From Azolla caroliniana (taxonomy: Eukaryota > Plantae > Polypodiophyta), in assembly GCA_043228905.1 (NCBI GenBank), contig JBHGNT010000008.1, positions 8,370,001-8,434,000 on the forward strand: a stretch of 64,000 nt of DNA, in the 5' to 3' direction. Positions 34,904 through 46,100 of this stretch are shown piece after piece. Each line of letters opens with the position of its first letter. Position 1 is the first letter of the stretch. Below the pieces are notes generated by a model, which saw only the letters and a program-made list of their open reading frames with translations, did no database searches and was not told where the DNA came from. The position numbers and the translations under genes are program-made.

Positions 34904-37900
34904 TTACTGTGTAGTCGAAGCGCGACGAGGCGTGGACGACGGTTCCAGACGGGGGGATGACACGGGCGTGGGCGTAGGCATGAGTGTGGGCGGGGGCGGT
35001 GGTAGTTGATGGAAGGGATTCATGCGAGACTGGTGAGCAAAGGTAGAGCGGTTGTTGGAGGCGCGACGGAGCAGGTATGTAGTGTCGCGTATCTGCTTTT
35101 GAACTTCGAAGGGACCGATCCATCGGTGCATGAGCGATTCGCTGAGACCGCGACGACGGATGGGGAAGTAGACGAGGACTTTGTCACTGACGTGGTATTG
35201 ATGGTCGACACGGCCTATATCGTGTTGTCGTTTTTGGCGTAGTTGTGCCTGGTGCAGGTTGCTCGTGATGGCTTTGCGGAGGAGGGGCTGGAGTTGTTGT
35301 AGGTGGGACCACCAAGACACTGCGTCAGCGTGGAGTCGTGTGGTTGGTTGCGGGACTGCCACTTCTGGGGGTAAGCGCGGGTCCCTTCCGTAAAGGGCCC
35401 GAAAGGGGCTAATGCGGGTAGAGGCTTGCACAGTTGTGTTGTAGGCATGTGTAACGAAGGGCAAGATTCGGTCCCAGGTTGAGTGCATCGGATCAATGTA
35501 GGCTGAGATTTGTTGTTTTAAGGTTCGATTGAGGCGCTCCGTCAACCCATTCGTTTGCGGATGGTAGGGTGACGTGAATAACTGTTGGATTCCTAGTTGT
35601 GTTGAAACGAGGCGTAGGAGCTCACCGTTGAACTGGGGTCCTCGATTGGACAAGATTTGGAGTGGACAACCGTGGGGGAAGATGATTCTCTCCAATAGTT
35701 TGGAGGCGATGGTCATAGCCTTTGCATCTGGGATAGCGGCCGTCTCAGCCCAACGCGTCAAGTACTCGGTGATGACGAGGATGAATTTGTTCCCTCCTTG
35801 TGACTCGGGAAAGGGGGCCATAATGTCCCATCCGACGATTTCAAATGGAGCTTGAACTTGTATCGGATGTAAGAGGCCTTGAGCCACTTGAGGTGATTTG
35901 ATGGCCTGACATAAGTTGCATGCTTTGATGTAGGAGGCGACCTCGTGGCGTAGCCCAAGCCAATAGAATTTGCGACGAATTTTGTCGAGCACCTTATGAA
36001 AACCCAAGTGGCCGGACAACGGGTGATCGTGGAAGAAACGAAGGTAAGACTGGCGTAGTTGCTCAGGTACGTAGACTCGGGGTTCTTTGCCTACTTGACA
36101 AAAAAGTAGGACATTATCCTGGATCATGAATTGCTTGGTGAGGGATGATGTCGGTTCAGCTCGTAGGCGGTGGCAGATATCTTGGATTTGTTTGTCGTGT
36201 TGTTGCATGTTGGCCATTTGGGACGAGGATATGGGGAAATCGATTGTGTTGGAGGTGATCTGGTTCGCCTGAAAGGATATGCGGGATAATCCATCGACGA
36301 CGATGTTTTGTGGACCATGGCGATAGCGCAGAGTGAATGTGTAATCCTGTAGCGCCAAAACCCAACGAAGTAAGCGGCCGGGTGGATGAGCAATGGCTGA
36401 TGGTCGGTTTCGACTGATGTATTTGATCCGTGAAGGTATGGGTGGAAACGATGGAATGCCCAGACGATGGCGAGGAACTCTTTTTCAGTTGTCGAGTAAT
36501 TTTGTTCGGCTTTGGTAAGTGACCGACTGATGTAGGCAATCGGGCAGAGTTGGTCGTTGTCGTCGGATTGGAGTAGGACCGCACCAAGGCCGACATTGGA
36601 GGCATCCGTCTGCAGATGGAAAGGCTTCGTGAAATCAGGGTGGGCCAGGAGGTCAGAGGCTTGGAGTGTTCTCTTGAGCTGCAGGAAGCTGGATTCGCAG
36701 GCTTCGGTCCACAGGAAGGGTGCGTCTTTTTGTAGGAGCGCGCGTAGTGGGGCTGACAGGTCGGCTAGCCGTGGGATGAAACGAAGAGAGAACGTGAGGA
36801 GGCCGAGGAAGCATTGAAGCTGCTTGACTGTGGTGGGGCGTGGGAATTTTTGGACTGCTTTTGTCTTCTCCGGGTCCATTTGTATTCCGTCGGAGGAGAT
36901 GACGTACCCAAGGAAGCGGAGGCACGTACTACCCCATCGGCACTTCTTCCATTGCAGCTGCAATCGATAGCGTTGAACACAAGTTAGGACCTCCCAAAGG
37001 ACTTGAAGGTGTTCTGCCCAAGTGCTTGTATGTACCAGAATATCGTCTAGATAGACGATGACGACACGACGGGTGATGAGATCATCGAAGATGGCATTAG
37101 CCATTCGCTGGAATGTGCTCCCCGCATCAGATAGGCCAAAGGGCATCCGTGTGAACTGAAAAATGCCTTTCCTAGTGCGGAATGCAGTTTTGTGGGCATC
37201 GTGAGGATTCATCGGGATCTGCCAATATCCCGAGGCTAGATCGAGGGAGGTGAAGTACTTTGATTTGCCAAGCTGGTCGAGGAGGTCATCGATACGAGGG
37301 AGAGGGTATCGGTCATGGGTGGTGACATGGTTCAGTTGTCGGAAGTCGACACAAAAGCGGTAAGAACCATCCCCTTTCTTTACCATGTGTGGCTCCGAGA
37401 TCCACTCGCTCTTGGAAGGTGTGATAATCCCTTGTTGGAGCAGAGTTTTGACGGCGTTGTCGATGCGCTCGTGGTCGAGAGGCGAGCGACGTCGGGGAGC
37501 TGCGTTGATGGGGCGGGCGTTGCCTATAGGAATCGTGTGGTGAATCGGAAAACGGACCGAGGGAGGTTTTACAGGTGGTGTAGACAACGAGGGAAAGGTG
37601 GCGAGGAGCCATCTGATGTCGTTGATGCGCTCCGCCGGTGATATCAGGTACTGTGTGTTGCTGATGTGGGTGGTATCCCGCGGAGTAGTGAAGAGCGCGA
37701 TCGGAATGTGATTTGGGAGGATGAGCTGTTGTGCGGAGAAATCGAGACAGGCTCGACTATGGAGGAACCAATCACATCCCAAGGTGATTGGGAACAACTG
37801 GCGCGGGAGGACGTAGAAACGATGGTGGATCTGGGCGGAACTAATGGTGAGCATGCACCTGACTTGCGTATGTGAGTGGTACACCCGTTGTTGGTCGCCG

Positions 37901-38169
37901 AAGAGGATTTTAATGGGCGGTGCGTGGCTCGTGGGAAGTTGTAATTGGGTGACTAAATCTGCGCTGATGGAAGAGATGTTGCTGCCGGAGTCAAGGAGAA
38001 CTTCTTGGGTCGTGTGTTGGAGGCGGGCGATTGTGGTACAAACGGGCGAAGTTGATGAAGTGGAGGCGTGGACGTGCGGGGGCGGCTCGATCGTGGGAGA
38101 AACGGGAGAAGTTGAGGACGTGGAGACGTGGACGTGCGGGGGCGGCTCTCCCTGCGGCACCCCGCGCAT
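34904..38169 (-). pseudogene. Gypsy pol with one frameshift in RNaseH
   Basis: ORFs 36124-38169 and 34904-36358. Frameshift after TDHQPL. Integrase HHCC, YHPQTNG..ER and GPF motif; no chromodomain seen. Confidence 0.9.
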
Positions 38170-39119
38170 TAGTTTTCCGGGAGCTCAGAGAGGGAGGCAG
38201 CGTCAGCTAATTGGACGTTCTGCTTCTGTTGGTGATTCTGCCACTTTCGGCAGTGACGCCGAATGTGGCCATAGTTGTTGCAGTAGAAACATTTGGGGCG
38301 TCCCTGGCTGTCTCGTTCGGGCAATGCATGCTTGGCACGTAATTGCGCGTTCTGGATGTCGATGTCCATGGGAGTGACGGTTGGTATAGTGTTTGTATGA
38401 TCATGACTGAGATTACCTGGTGTGTGCATGTCATGCGTGTCTGCAGCTTCGATGCGTTGGGCAGTGAGGATGGCTTCGTGTAGTGTCGTCGGGCCTTGAT
38501 CGCGTACACGGCGGCGGAGGTCATGTCGTATACGCGGCCAGAAAAAAAACAACTTCATGTCCTCCGACATGTTGGCGTCAGCCCGGCGTAGGATCTGCAC
38601 AAAACGAACCGCGAACTGGGTGATGGGTTCGCGTGGTGGTTGGGTAATTGACTCAAGTTGTTGTAGGGCCGTCTGGCGGGAGTCTTGATGAGCAAAATTC
38701 CGAATCATGGCTGCCCGTAACAGATCCTAGTCGTTGCGTGTCTCTTCGGGTTGTTGTACAAGCCATGTTGCCGCGATATTCTCGAGGAGTGTCTTCATCT
38801 CCATTGCCTTCCGAGGGTGTGGCCATTGGTGGTAACTGGCCACCATTTCGAAATGATCCAGCCAAGAGAGGACGTCTTCCGATGGTAGGCCGGAGAACGG
38901 TTTTGGGCGAACTCGAGAGTCCGGGAGATTTTGTTGTGGCTCGGATCGTGCTGAAAGAAAGGACAACATGGCTTGGTTAGTATGGTTAACTTGTAAAATG
39001 ATGTTGGACAGAGCTTGAACCAGTTGGTCGATTGGCGATGTGGGCTGGTGTCCTTGATTGTGTTGTAGGAATTCCGGATTCATCGAGTTTGCGTTGCCGT
39101 CGTTGTTGTCGTGTTGCAT
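38169..39119 (-). pseudogene. Gypsy gag with one in-frame stop
   Basis: ORFs 38727-39119 and 38169-38708 are in the same frame, separated by TAG (likely TGG). PKPFSG, CFYCNNYGHIRRHC knuckle. Confidence 0.88.
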
Positions 39120-42100
39120 CGTGGCGGGCGTTGTTGGGGTCGTGAGTTGGGGTGGCTTGGCCCGTCTTCTCCACCAAGATGTGAAATGCTCAAGATGTGA
39201 AATGCTCTCAAGAATAGCCCCCTTTTCATTATGTCTCAAGTTACATTTTATAGACTCTCTCTTAGCGTGGAGGGTGTTCTCCCGCTCCAATTAGCTCTAC
39301 TAATAATGGGGCTTGGTGGGGGCCTAGTTTGGGTGTGGTGCATGAGGCTTGGTAGGGGCCTAATTTGGGTGTGGTCTATGTGTGGTGCATGGGGCTTGGT
39401 AGGGGCCTAATCTAGGTGTGGTCCATGTGACCACCACAATATGATCATTTACGTGTGTTTGGGTGTAAATGCTTTGTACATATACCTAAAGATGAACGGT
39501 CTAAATTAGATGTTAAATCTAAAGAATGTATTTTTATTGGTTATGGCCAAGATGAGTTTGGTTACAGATGTTATGACCCAATAGAAAGGAGGCTTATTCG
39601 AAGTCGTGATGTGGTATTCGTTGAGGATCAAACTATCGAAGATATTGAGAAGGTCAAAGAATCTAACACTCAAGAAGATGGCGGGCTTATTGATTTTGAC
39701 CCGATTCCTACGACTGAAGATGCTACATATGGAGATGCTTCCCAACAAGACGAAAACCGTGAGGATGTTCATGAACCAGGTATTATAAATAATAGGGTTG
39801 AAGCTAATCATGATGATATTTTACCTCAAACAAGTTTTGAGTGGGGGGAGCAAACTTCCTTACAAGAGGTAGTCAATGAACAACCTAGAAGGTCTACTAG
39901 AGAACGAAAACCATCTGTAAGGTATCCTAGTTCAGATTATGTTTTAATCTTTGACGAAGGGGAGCCTGAAAGTTATTATGATGTTTTAAATCATAAAGAT
40001 AAGGATGATTGGATAAAAGCCATGCACGATGAAATGAACTCATTAAAGAAAAATAATACCTTTAATTTAGTAGAACTTCCTAAGGGAAGAAAAGTTTTGA
40101 AAAATAAATGGGTGTTTAAGTTAAAACAAGGTGATGGTAACCTTGTAAAACATAAGGCTCGTTTAGTCGTAAAAGGTTTCGGCCAAAAGAAAGGTATTGA
40201 TTTCGATGAAATTTTCTCACTAGTTGTGAAAATGAGTTCTATTCGAGTTGTTTTAGGTTTGGCAGCCACTTTAAATCTTGAGATTGAGCAGCTCGATGTA
40301 AAGACAACTTTCTTGCATGGAGACTTGAAGGAAGAGATCTACATGGAACAACTGGAGGGTTTCGAAGAGAAAGGAAAGGAGCATATGGTATGCAAGCTGA
40401 GGAAAAGTCTTTACGGCCTAAAACAAGCACCGAGACAATGGTATAGAAGGTTCAATTCATTTGTGGCAAGTCAAGACTACACCAAGACTAATGGAGATCA
40501 TTGTGTGTATGTTAAGCATTTTTCTGAAGGTAATTTTATAATTCTTTTATTGTATGTCGATGATATGCTAATTGTAGGACAAGATGTAGGAAATATCCAC
40601 AAGTTAAAGGTGGATCTATCTAAGGCCTTTGACATGAAAGATCTAGGTCATGCTAAGCATATTTTAGGCATGAAAATTACTCGCAATAGGGAATGTGGAA
40701 AGTTGTGGCTTTCTCAAGAAAAATACATAGAACGAGTATTAGAAAGGTTTAATATGCATAATGCAAAACCAGTAAGTACCCCCCTTGCTAGCCATTTTAA
40801 ATTATGTAGAAAAGATTGTCCACATACCGAGCAAGAGAAAGAAGAGATGTCTTCAATTCCTTACTCTTTAGCGATTGGTTCGTTGATGTATGCTATGGTT
40901 AGCACAAGGCCAGATATTGCCCATGCCGTTAGTGTTGTAAGTAGATATCTCTCCAATCCGGGTAAGTCTCATTGGGATGCCATAAAATGGATCTTTCAAT
41001 ATTTAAGAGGTACATCAAAATTATGTTTATGTTTTGGAGATTCTAAAGAAACTCTTGAAGGTTTTTTAGATTCAGATATGGTAGGAGATCTTGATGGGAG
41101 AAAATCTACTTCGGCTTACTTATTTACATTTGCAGGGGGAGCCGTGTCATGGCAATCTAAGTTGCAAAAATGTGTTGCTTTGTCTACAACAGAAGCGGAA
41201 TATATTGCAGCCACTGAAGCCGCCAAAGAGATGCTATGGTTGAAAAGGTTTGTTTTAGATTTGGGTTTAAGTCAACTAACTTATGTGATATTTTGTGGCA
41301 GCCAAAGTTCAATAGATCTAAGCAAGAATTCGATGTACCATTCTCGTATGAAACATATTGATGTAAGGTATCATTGGTTGTGCTCGGCAATTGAAGATCA
41401 ACTTCTACAACTCAAGAAAATTCACACAGATGAAATGTTGCCGACATGTTGACGAAGGTAGTCTCTAAAGAAAAACTTGAGCTATGTGTCAAGCTGGCTA
41501 GAATGAACAGAAACTAAGTGATTCAATGGAATCCTCTCCTATGTGGCCAGAGGGGGAGATTGTTAGGTTTTTTCTGTCCACATTAATAAGTAAATAAAAT
41601 GGGCCTTGGACGCCCAACACTTGTATTTTTCAAAATAGTGTGAAAGGGGTTCACACAAGAAGACGTTACATATCTACACTATGTAACACATTCTTTTTGA
41701 GTGTGTTAAAAAGGGAAAAACGAGCATTTCTCTGTTGAAACAGATTTCAAAGAGCACATACTCTCTTTCTTAGCTAATTCCTTCAGTCTTTCTAAAGTAC
41801 ACCAACACACTCAGACATCCGGACATCGCCGCCTCCGTCATCAGCCACGTGTTGTGAGTTTTGGTGGTTTTTTTTGCGTTCCTTTTTGTTGAGTTTTTAT
41901 TTGTTGAGGGAACATCATATTCCTCGGTTGCTCATAGTACTCTAACTTGTTTAGAGTAGAACTTTGGTGTATCAGTTTTATATTAATAGTGAATTAGTTT
42001 TGGACTAGGTCCCGTGGTTTTTACCTCTTTGCGGGTTTTCCACGTTAAAAATATGTGGTGTATTGTGTATTGATTTGTTGTGTATCTTTCTTGTTTTCTC

Positions 42101-42166
42101 TTTAAATCTTGCACAACATATTTCCTGTTTTACATAAGTGTTTAAGTGCTACTAAGTTTCGGAACA

Positions 42167-43167
42167 GGGAGGCTGTCAAGCACATCCTTAGGTATCTAAA
42201 AGGAACCACGGATGCACAACTGACTTTCGGACTGAACATCTCAGCCGAAGTCGAAGGCTACACCGATTCCGACTACGTTGGAAACACAGATAATCGGAAA
42301 TCGACATCAGGCTACATCTTCACCTATGGTGGCGGTGCAATATCATGGAGGTGAAAACTTCAGGAGTGCACGACTCTGTCTACCACAGAAGCCGAGTACA
42401 TAGTAGCATCAGAAGCAATCAAGGAAGCGATCTAGCTGCACCGACTGTCTGCTGATTTCGGAACTGCAAACCGAATAGACCCACCAACGCCGACCATCTA
42501 TTGTGACTCACAAAGCTCGATACACCTCATCAACAATCTCGTCTACCATGTGAAGACGAAGCACATTGAGGTACGGTATCATCATATCCGGGAGGTCGTG
42601 ACTGACAAGAAACTCGAAGTTCGGAAGATCGACACCGAGGTGAACATCCTTGATTGCCTGACGAAGCCACTCCCAGATCAACACTTCAGAACACTAAGGA
42701 GGAAGATGGGGCTACGACAAGCAACCAAGCAAAAGAAAGCCAAAAGAGGAGCAGAAGGTAAGAGCTGACTGACACTCATACTATACCTCTACCGATTCGG
42801 CTATTTGCCGATAGACTTGTCTAGTTAAACTTGTAATCTAGGTTTACGGGGGAGATAACCCCAAGCATTTGCATATGTACAAAAGAGTAGTCCTTTTACG
42901 GGGAAGTTTGTTGGCATAAAAGGCCGACTCCTTCCAAATTGTATCTGTCCGAGTCTAAACTCGTTAATAAGTTAGGGCTTAGTATATAAGCGAATACCTA
43001 ACATTGTAATGAGTGATGACGAGAAGGGTATTGTATCTCTGAGTGAGAACGAAGTAATAAGAAGCTTTCCATTAAAGCTTGATCTACTGTCGAAGTCTTT
43101 ATTCATTGTATTTTCTGTGTGTGTTGTTTTCTGAGCATAAACGTACAGGTCCTCAAACGTTTCCACA
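42167..43167 (+). mobile_element. Ty1/copia E-family 3' part (RNaseH, PPT, 3' LTR 42909-43167)
   Basis: EAVKHILRYLKGT...YTDSDY...KTKHIEVRYH. PPT ggggaagtt. LTR starts tgttggcataaaagg like 29595 but then diverges. Confidence 0.85.
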
Positions 43168-46100
43168 TACGTATATACATATACATATATATTCCACAAG
43201 CATCTCCTCAAATGAGGTGCAAGTCGAGTTAGGAGGTGGTTGCCAATATGCGCGACAGAGAAGATTCGATGCTTGCACTGTGATGTCTTGAGGGACTCAA
43301 ATGCTGATTGTTGCAAGAATTGTGGCCGCATCTTGCCGTCATCTGCAGATGAGCCATAAACATGGATTGAGTGGTTGTTTAGGAACATTGCTTTAAGATG
43401 TTTAGTTTAGGAACTTTAGTTTAGTCAATTTCAAATGACTGGATTTGTTTGGTTTTGCGAACCATTGTTATTGGGTTTACGAATCAAGTATGTTTTAAGT
43501 TGTATGTTTCAAGTATGTTTTAAGTTGAATTCTGGGTGTTAGGTTAAGTGTCTGTATTTTATGAACTTTTATATTTTATGTTTTAAGATTGAAAAGAATG
43601 GCGTGTGGAAGCAATATAGGAAACCGAACAATAGAAAACGCAGGTTTAATGGAAAGCTTAGGTTTGCATAGTACACACGGGAGAGACAGAGAGAGAGAGT
43701 AAACACAAGAACTTAATTCAAAAATAATACTCAATCTGTACATCGTGTGTGTTCAATGAACACTTTTATACAAGTCCTTTTCGGACTAACAGAAGTACTG
43801 ATAGTACTTCAATGCTCATTGAGGAGCCCCTACACTAACTCCCAAATATATTCCTTACGGAATATCTTTCCGATGGCCTCCCGGTTTCTGCATCGATCCG
43901 GCCTTCCTACGCACCGGTCTGCGTACCGGTTTCCAACTGATCCGGCCTAACCGATCGGTCCCAACCGATCTGGTCCTCGGCTTGCTCAGCCGATCCGGCC
44001 GATGTTGAGCTTGTCTCTCAACACTCCCCCTCAAGCTCAACTTGAGGCTCTTCCGGATCTTCCGGATCACCACTTCGGTTCCTCCTGGCTCCACGCCTCA
44101 CTCGCGCTCCTCGACCTGTTCGACTCCGCGCGCTTTGACCCTTCCGGTCGGCTTGTCTGCTCCCACAGCCCTTCACAGCTCCCTCGCTGTCGCGGTGTTG
44201 GCGCTTCTCTTGATGCCTTCTTTTCTGCTTGGCCCTCGGTTGATTCAGTGTATCCGAATCAAACATCCGAACCGACTCGGCTACCTCCGATCGGTTTTCG
44301 CTCTCGTCTGAGTTGGTTGTCTCCAACTCGTCTTCAGTCTTCTCGCCCTTAACGGCTTCATCTCCCCCATGCTTGGTTGACTTCGGCTCTTCCTTTCGGC
44401 TGCTCCCCTTATGTCTGCTTCCGGAATCTTTCGCGGGTCTGCCCTCAGCTTCTTTAGTCGATCCGAAATCGAATTCATCATCCGACTCGGCGTCGCGGTC
44501 TTCTCTCCCCCTCCCGAGGTCATTCAGGACATCTCTCCCTCTCAAGTTTGGCACGTCGAGGTGACGCAACCCATGTGCAACCAAGAATTGCCGCAACTTG
44601 TCCAGTCCAAGAGGCTTGGTGAAGATGTCGGCGGTCTGCCGATCTGTCGGAACATACTAAAGTTCGACCTCACCGGAGAGAACACGCTCACAGACGAAAT
44701 AGTAGTGCAACTCAATGTGCTTAGTCCGGGCGTGCAAAACGGGGTTCTTGGCGAGCTGGATGTTGCTGAGGTTGTCGCAATAGATAGTCGTTGGATCGGA
44801 CACCACCACATGAAGATCCTTAAGTATCCGCTTCAACCATATGGCTTCGCATGTCGCGACAACTGCTCCTCTATACTCACCTTCGGTGCTCGACAATGCA
44901 AATGTCAGCTGCTTCTTACTGCTCCACGCTATCGCAACACTCCCAAGAGAGAACGCGTATCCGGATGTGGATCGGCGATCGGCAGCGTTGCCAGCCCAAT
45001 CAACATCGGTGTGGACGACCAACTGCGAGGCTGTACCGGTCTGATATAGTAGTCCCCGGTCCTTAGTGCCGATTACGTACCGCAGTACGCGTTGCGCACA
45101 TTGAAGGTGCTCCTCGGTAGGTCGCGCCATGAACTGACTGATCACCCCGACCGGATAATTGAGATCGGGTCGGGTGATTGTCAAGTAGATAAGGCTTCCG
45201 ACAATTTGTCAGAACCTCGTCAGGTCGCATACCTTTCCGGAATTGGGGCGAAGTTTGACGGTTCTATCCAGAGGAGTTGAGACGGACTTACAGTCTGTCA
45301 TCCCGAATTTGAAGAGCATATTTAGCGCGTAATGACATTGGCTGATCAGTATGCCTTTGGGGGTGCAGATCACTTCGATCCCGAGGAAGTAATGAAGGTC
45401 CCCCAGATCCTTCATGTCGAATGATGCCGCAAGCTAGAGCTTCACGCGGTCGATTTCACCTAGGTCGGTGCCAGTGATGACCAAGTCATCAACATATAGT
45501 AAAATGTTGACCGGACCGAGTCGACCTTTCCGGATGAACAGGGAAGAGTCTGATTTTGATGTTGCAAAGCCCATCTGACACAGTTGCTGCGTGATCTTCG
45601 CGTTCCAAGCACGCGGGGCTTGCTTCAGTCCGTAAAGGAACTTCTTCAATTGGCACATTGCCGACGTGTTCGTTCCGGAGTGAAATCCGGGGGGTTGTAC
45701 CATGTACACCTGTTCCTCAAGGTCACCTTGCATGAACGCATTCTTTACATCCATCTGATGTAAGTGTTACCCCTTTGCCGCAGCTACCGCGAGCCAAACA
45801 CAGACGTTCGTCATCTTTGCGACCGACGCAAACGTCTCATCGTAGTCGATGCCGTGTTTCTGCGCGTAGCCTTTTTGCCACTAACCGGGCCTTGTATCGA
45901 TTGACTGAGCCGTCGGTGTTGTACTTGACCTTGTACACCCACCTACATCTGATCGGCTTCACACCCTTCGGTGCGTCAACCAGGTCCCAGGTCTCATTTT
46001 CCGCCAATGCGTGCATCTCTTCCTCCATCGCGGTGCGCCAATTCGCGTCCTTACCCGCTTATGCGTAGCTCTCTAGCTCAAGCACTTCCGCTACACGGGT

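Larger units (their letters stand above)
34640..39438 (-). mobile_element. Full-length Ty3/gypsy element with 4-bp TSD
   Basis: 243-bp LTRs 34640-34882 and 39196-39438 (2 differences seen). TSD ATAT; removal restores host NVSYDHLRVFG. PBS TGGTGGAGA at ~39168-39176. PPT at 34883-34892. Order gag-PR(LLDSG)-RT(YLDD)-RH-INT. Confidence 0.96.
32093..42166 (+). mobile_element. Ty1/copia D (Tork/Tto1-like), interrupted by a gypsy element; no TSD
   Basis: LTRs 32093-32690 and 41561-42166. PBS TGGTATCAGAGC at 32693. PPT agagggggagat 41549-41560. Gag [57 protein letters not shown], YVDD (ORF 39455-41452). Confidence 0.95.

Noticed and set aside
44411-45049. Long antisense ORFs over retroelement pol (also 12557-13009, 37844-38377, 47013-47829)
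   Set aside because: Shadow ORFs of GC-rich coding sequence with no independent motifs.
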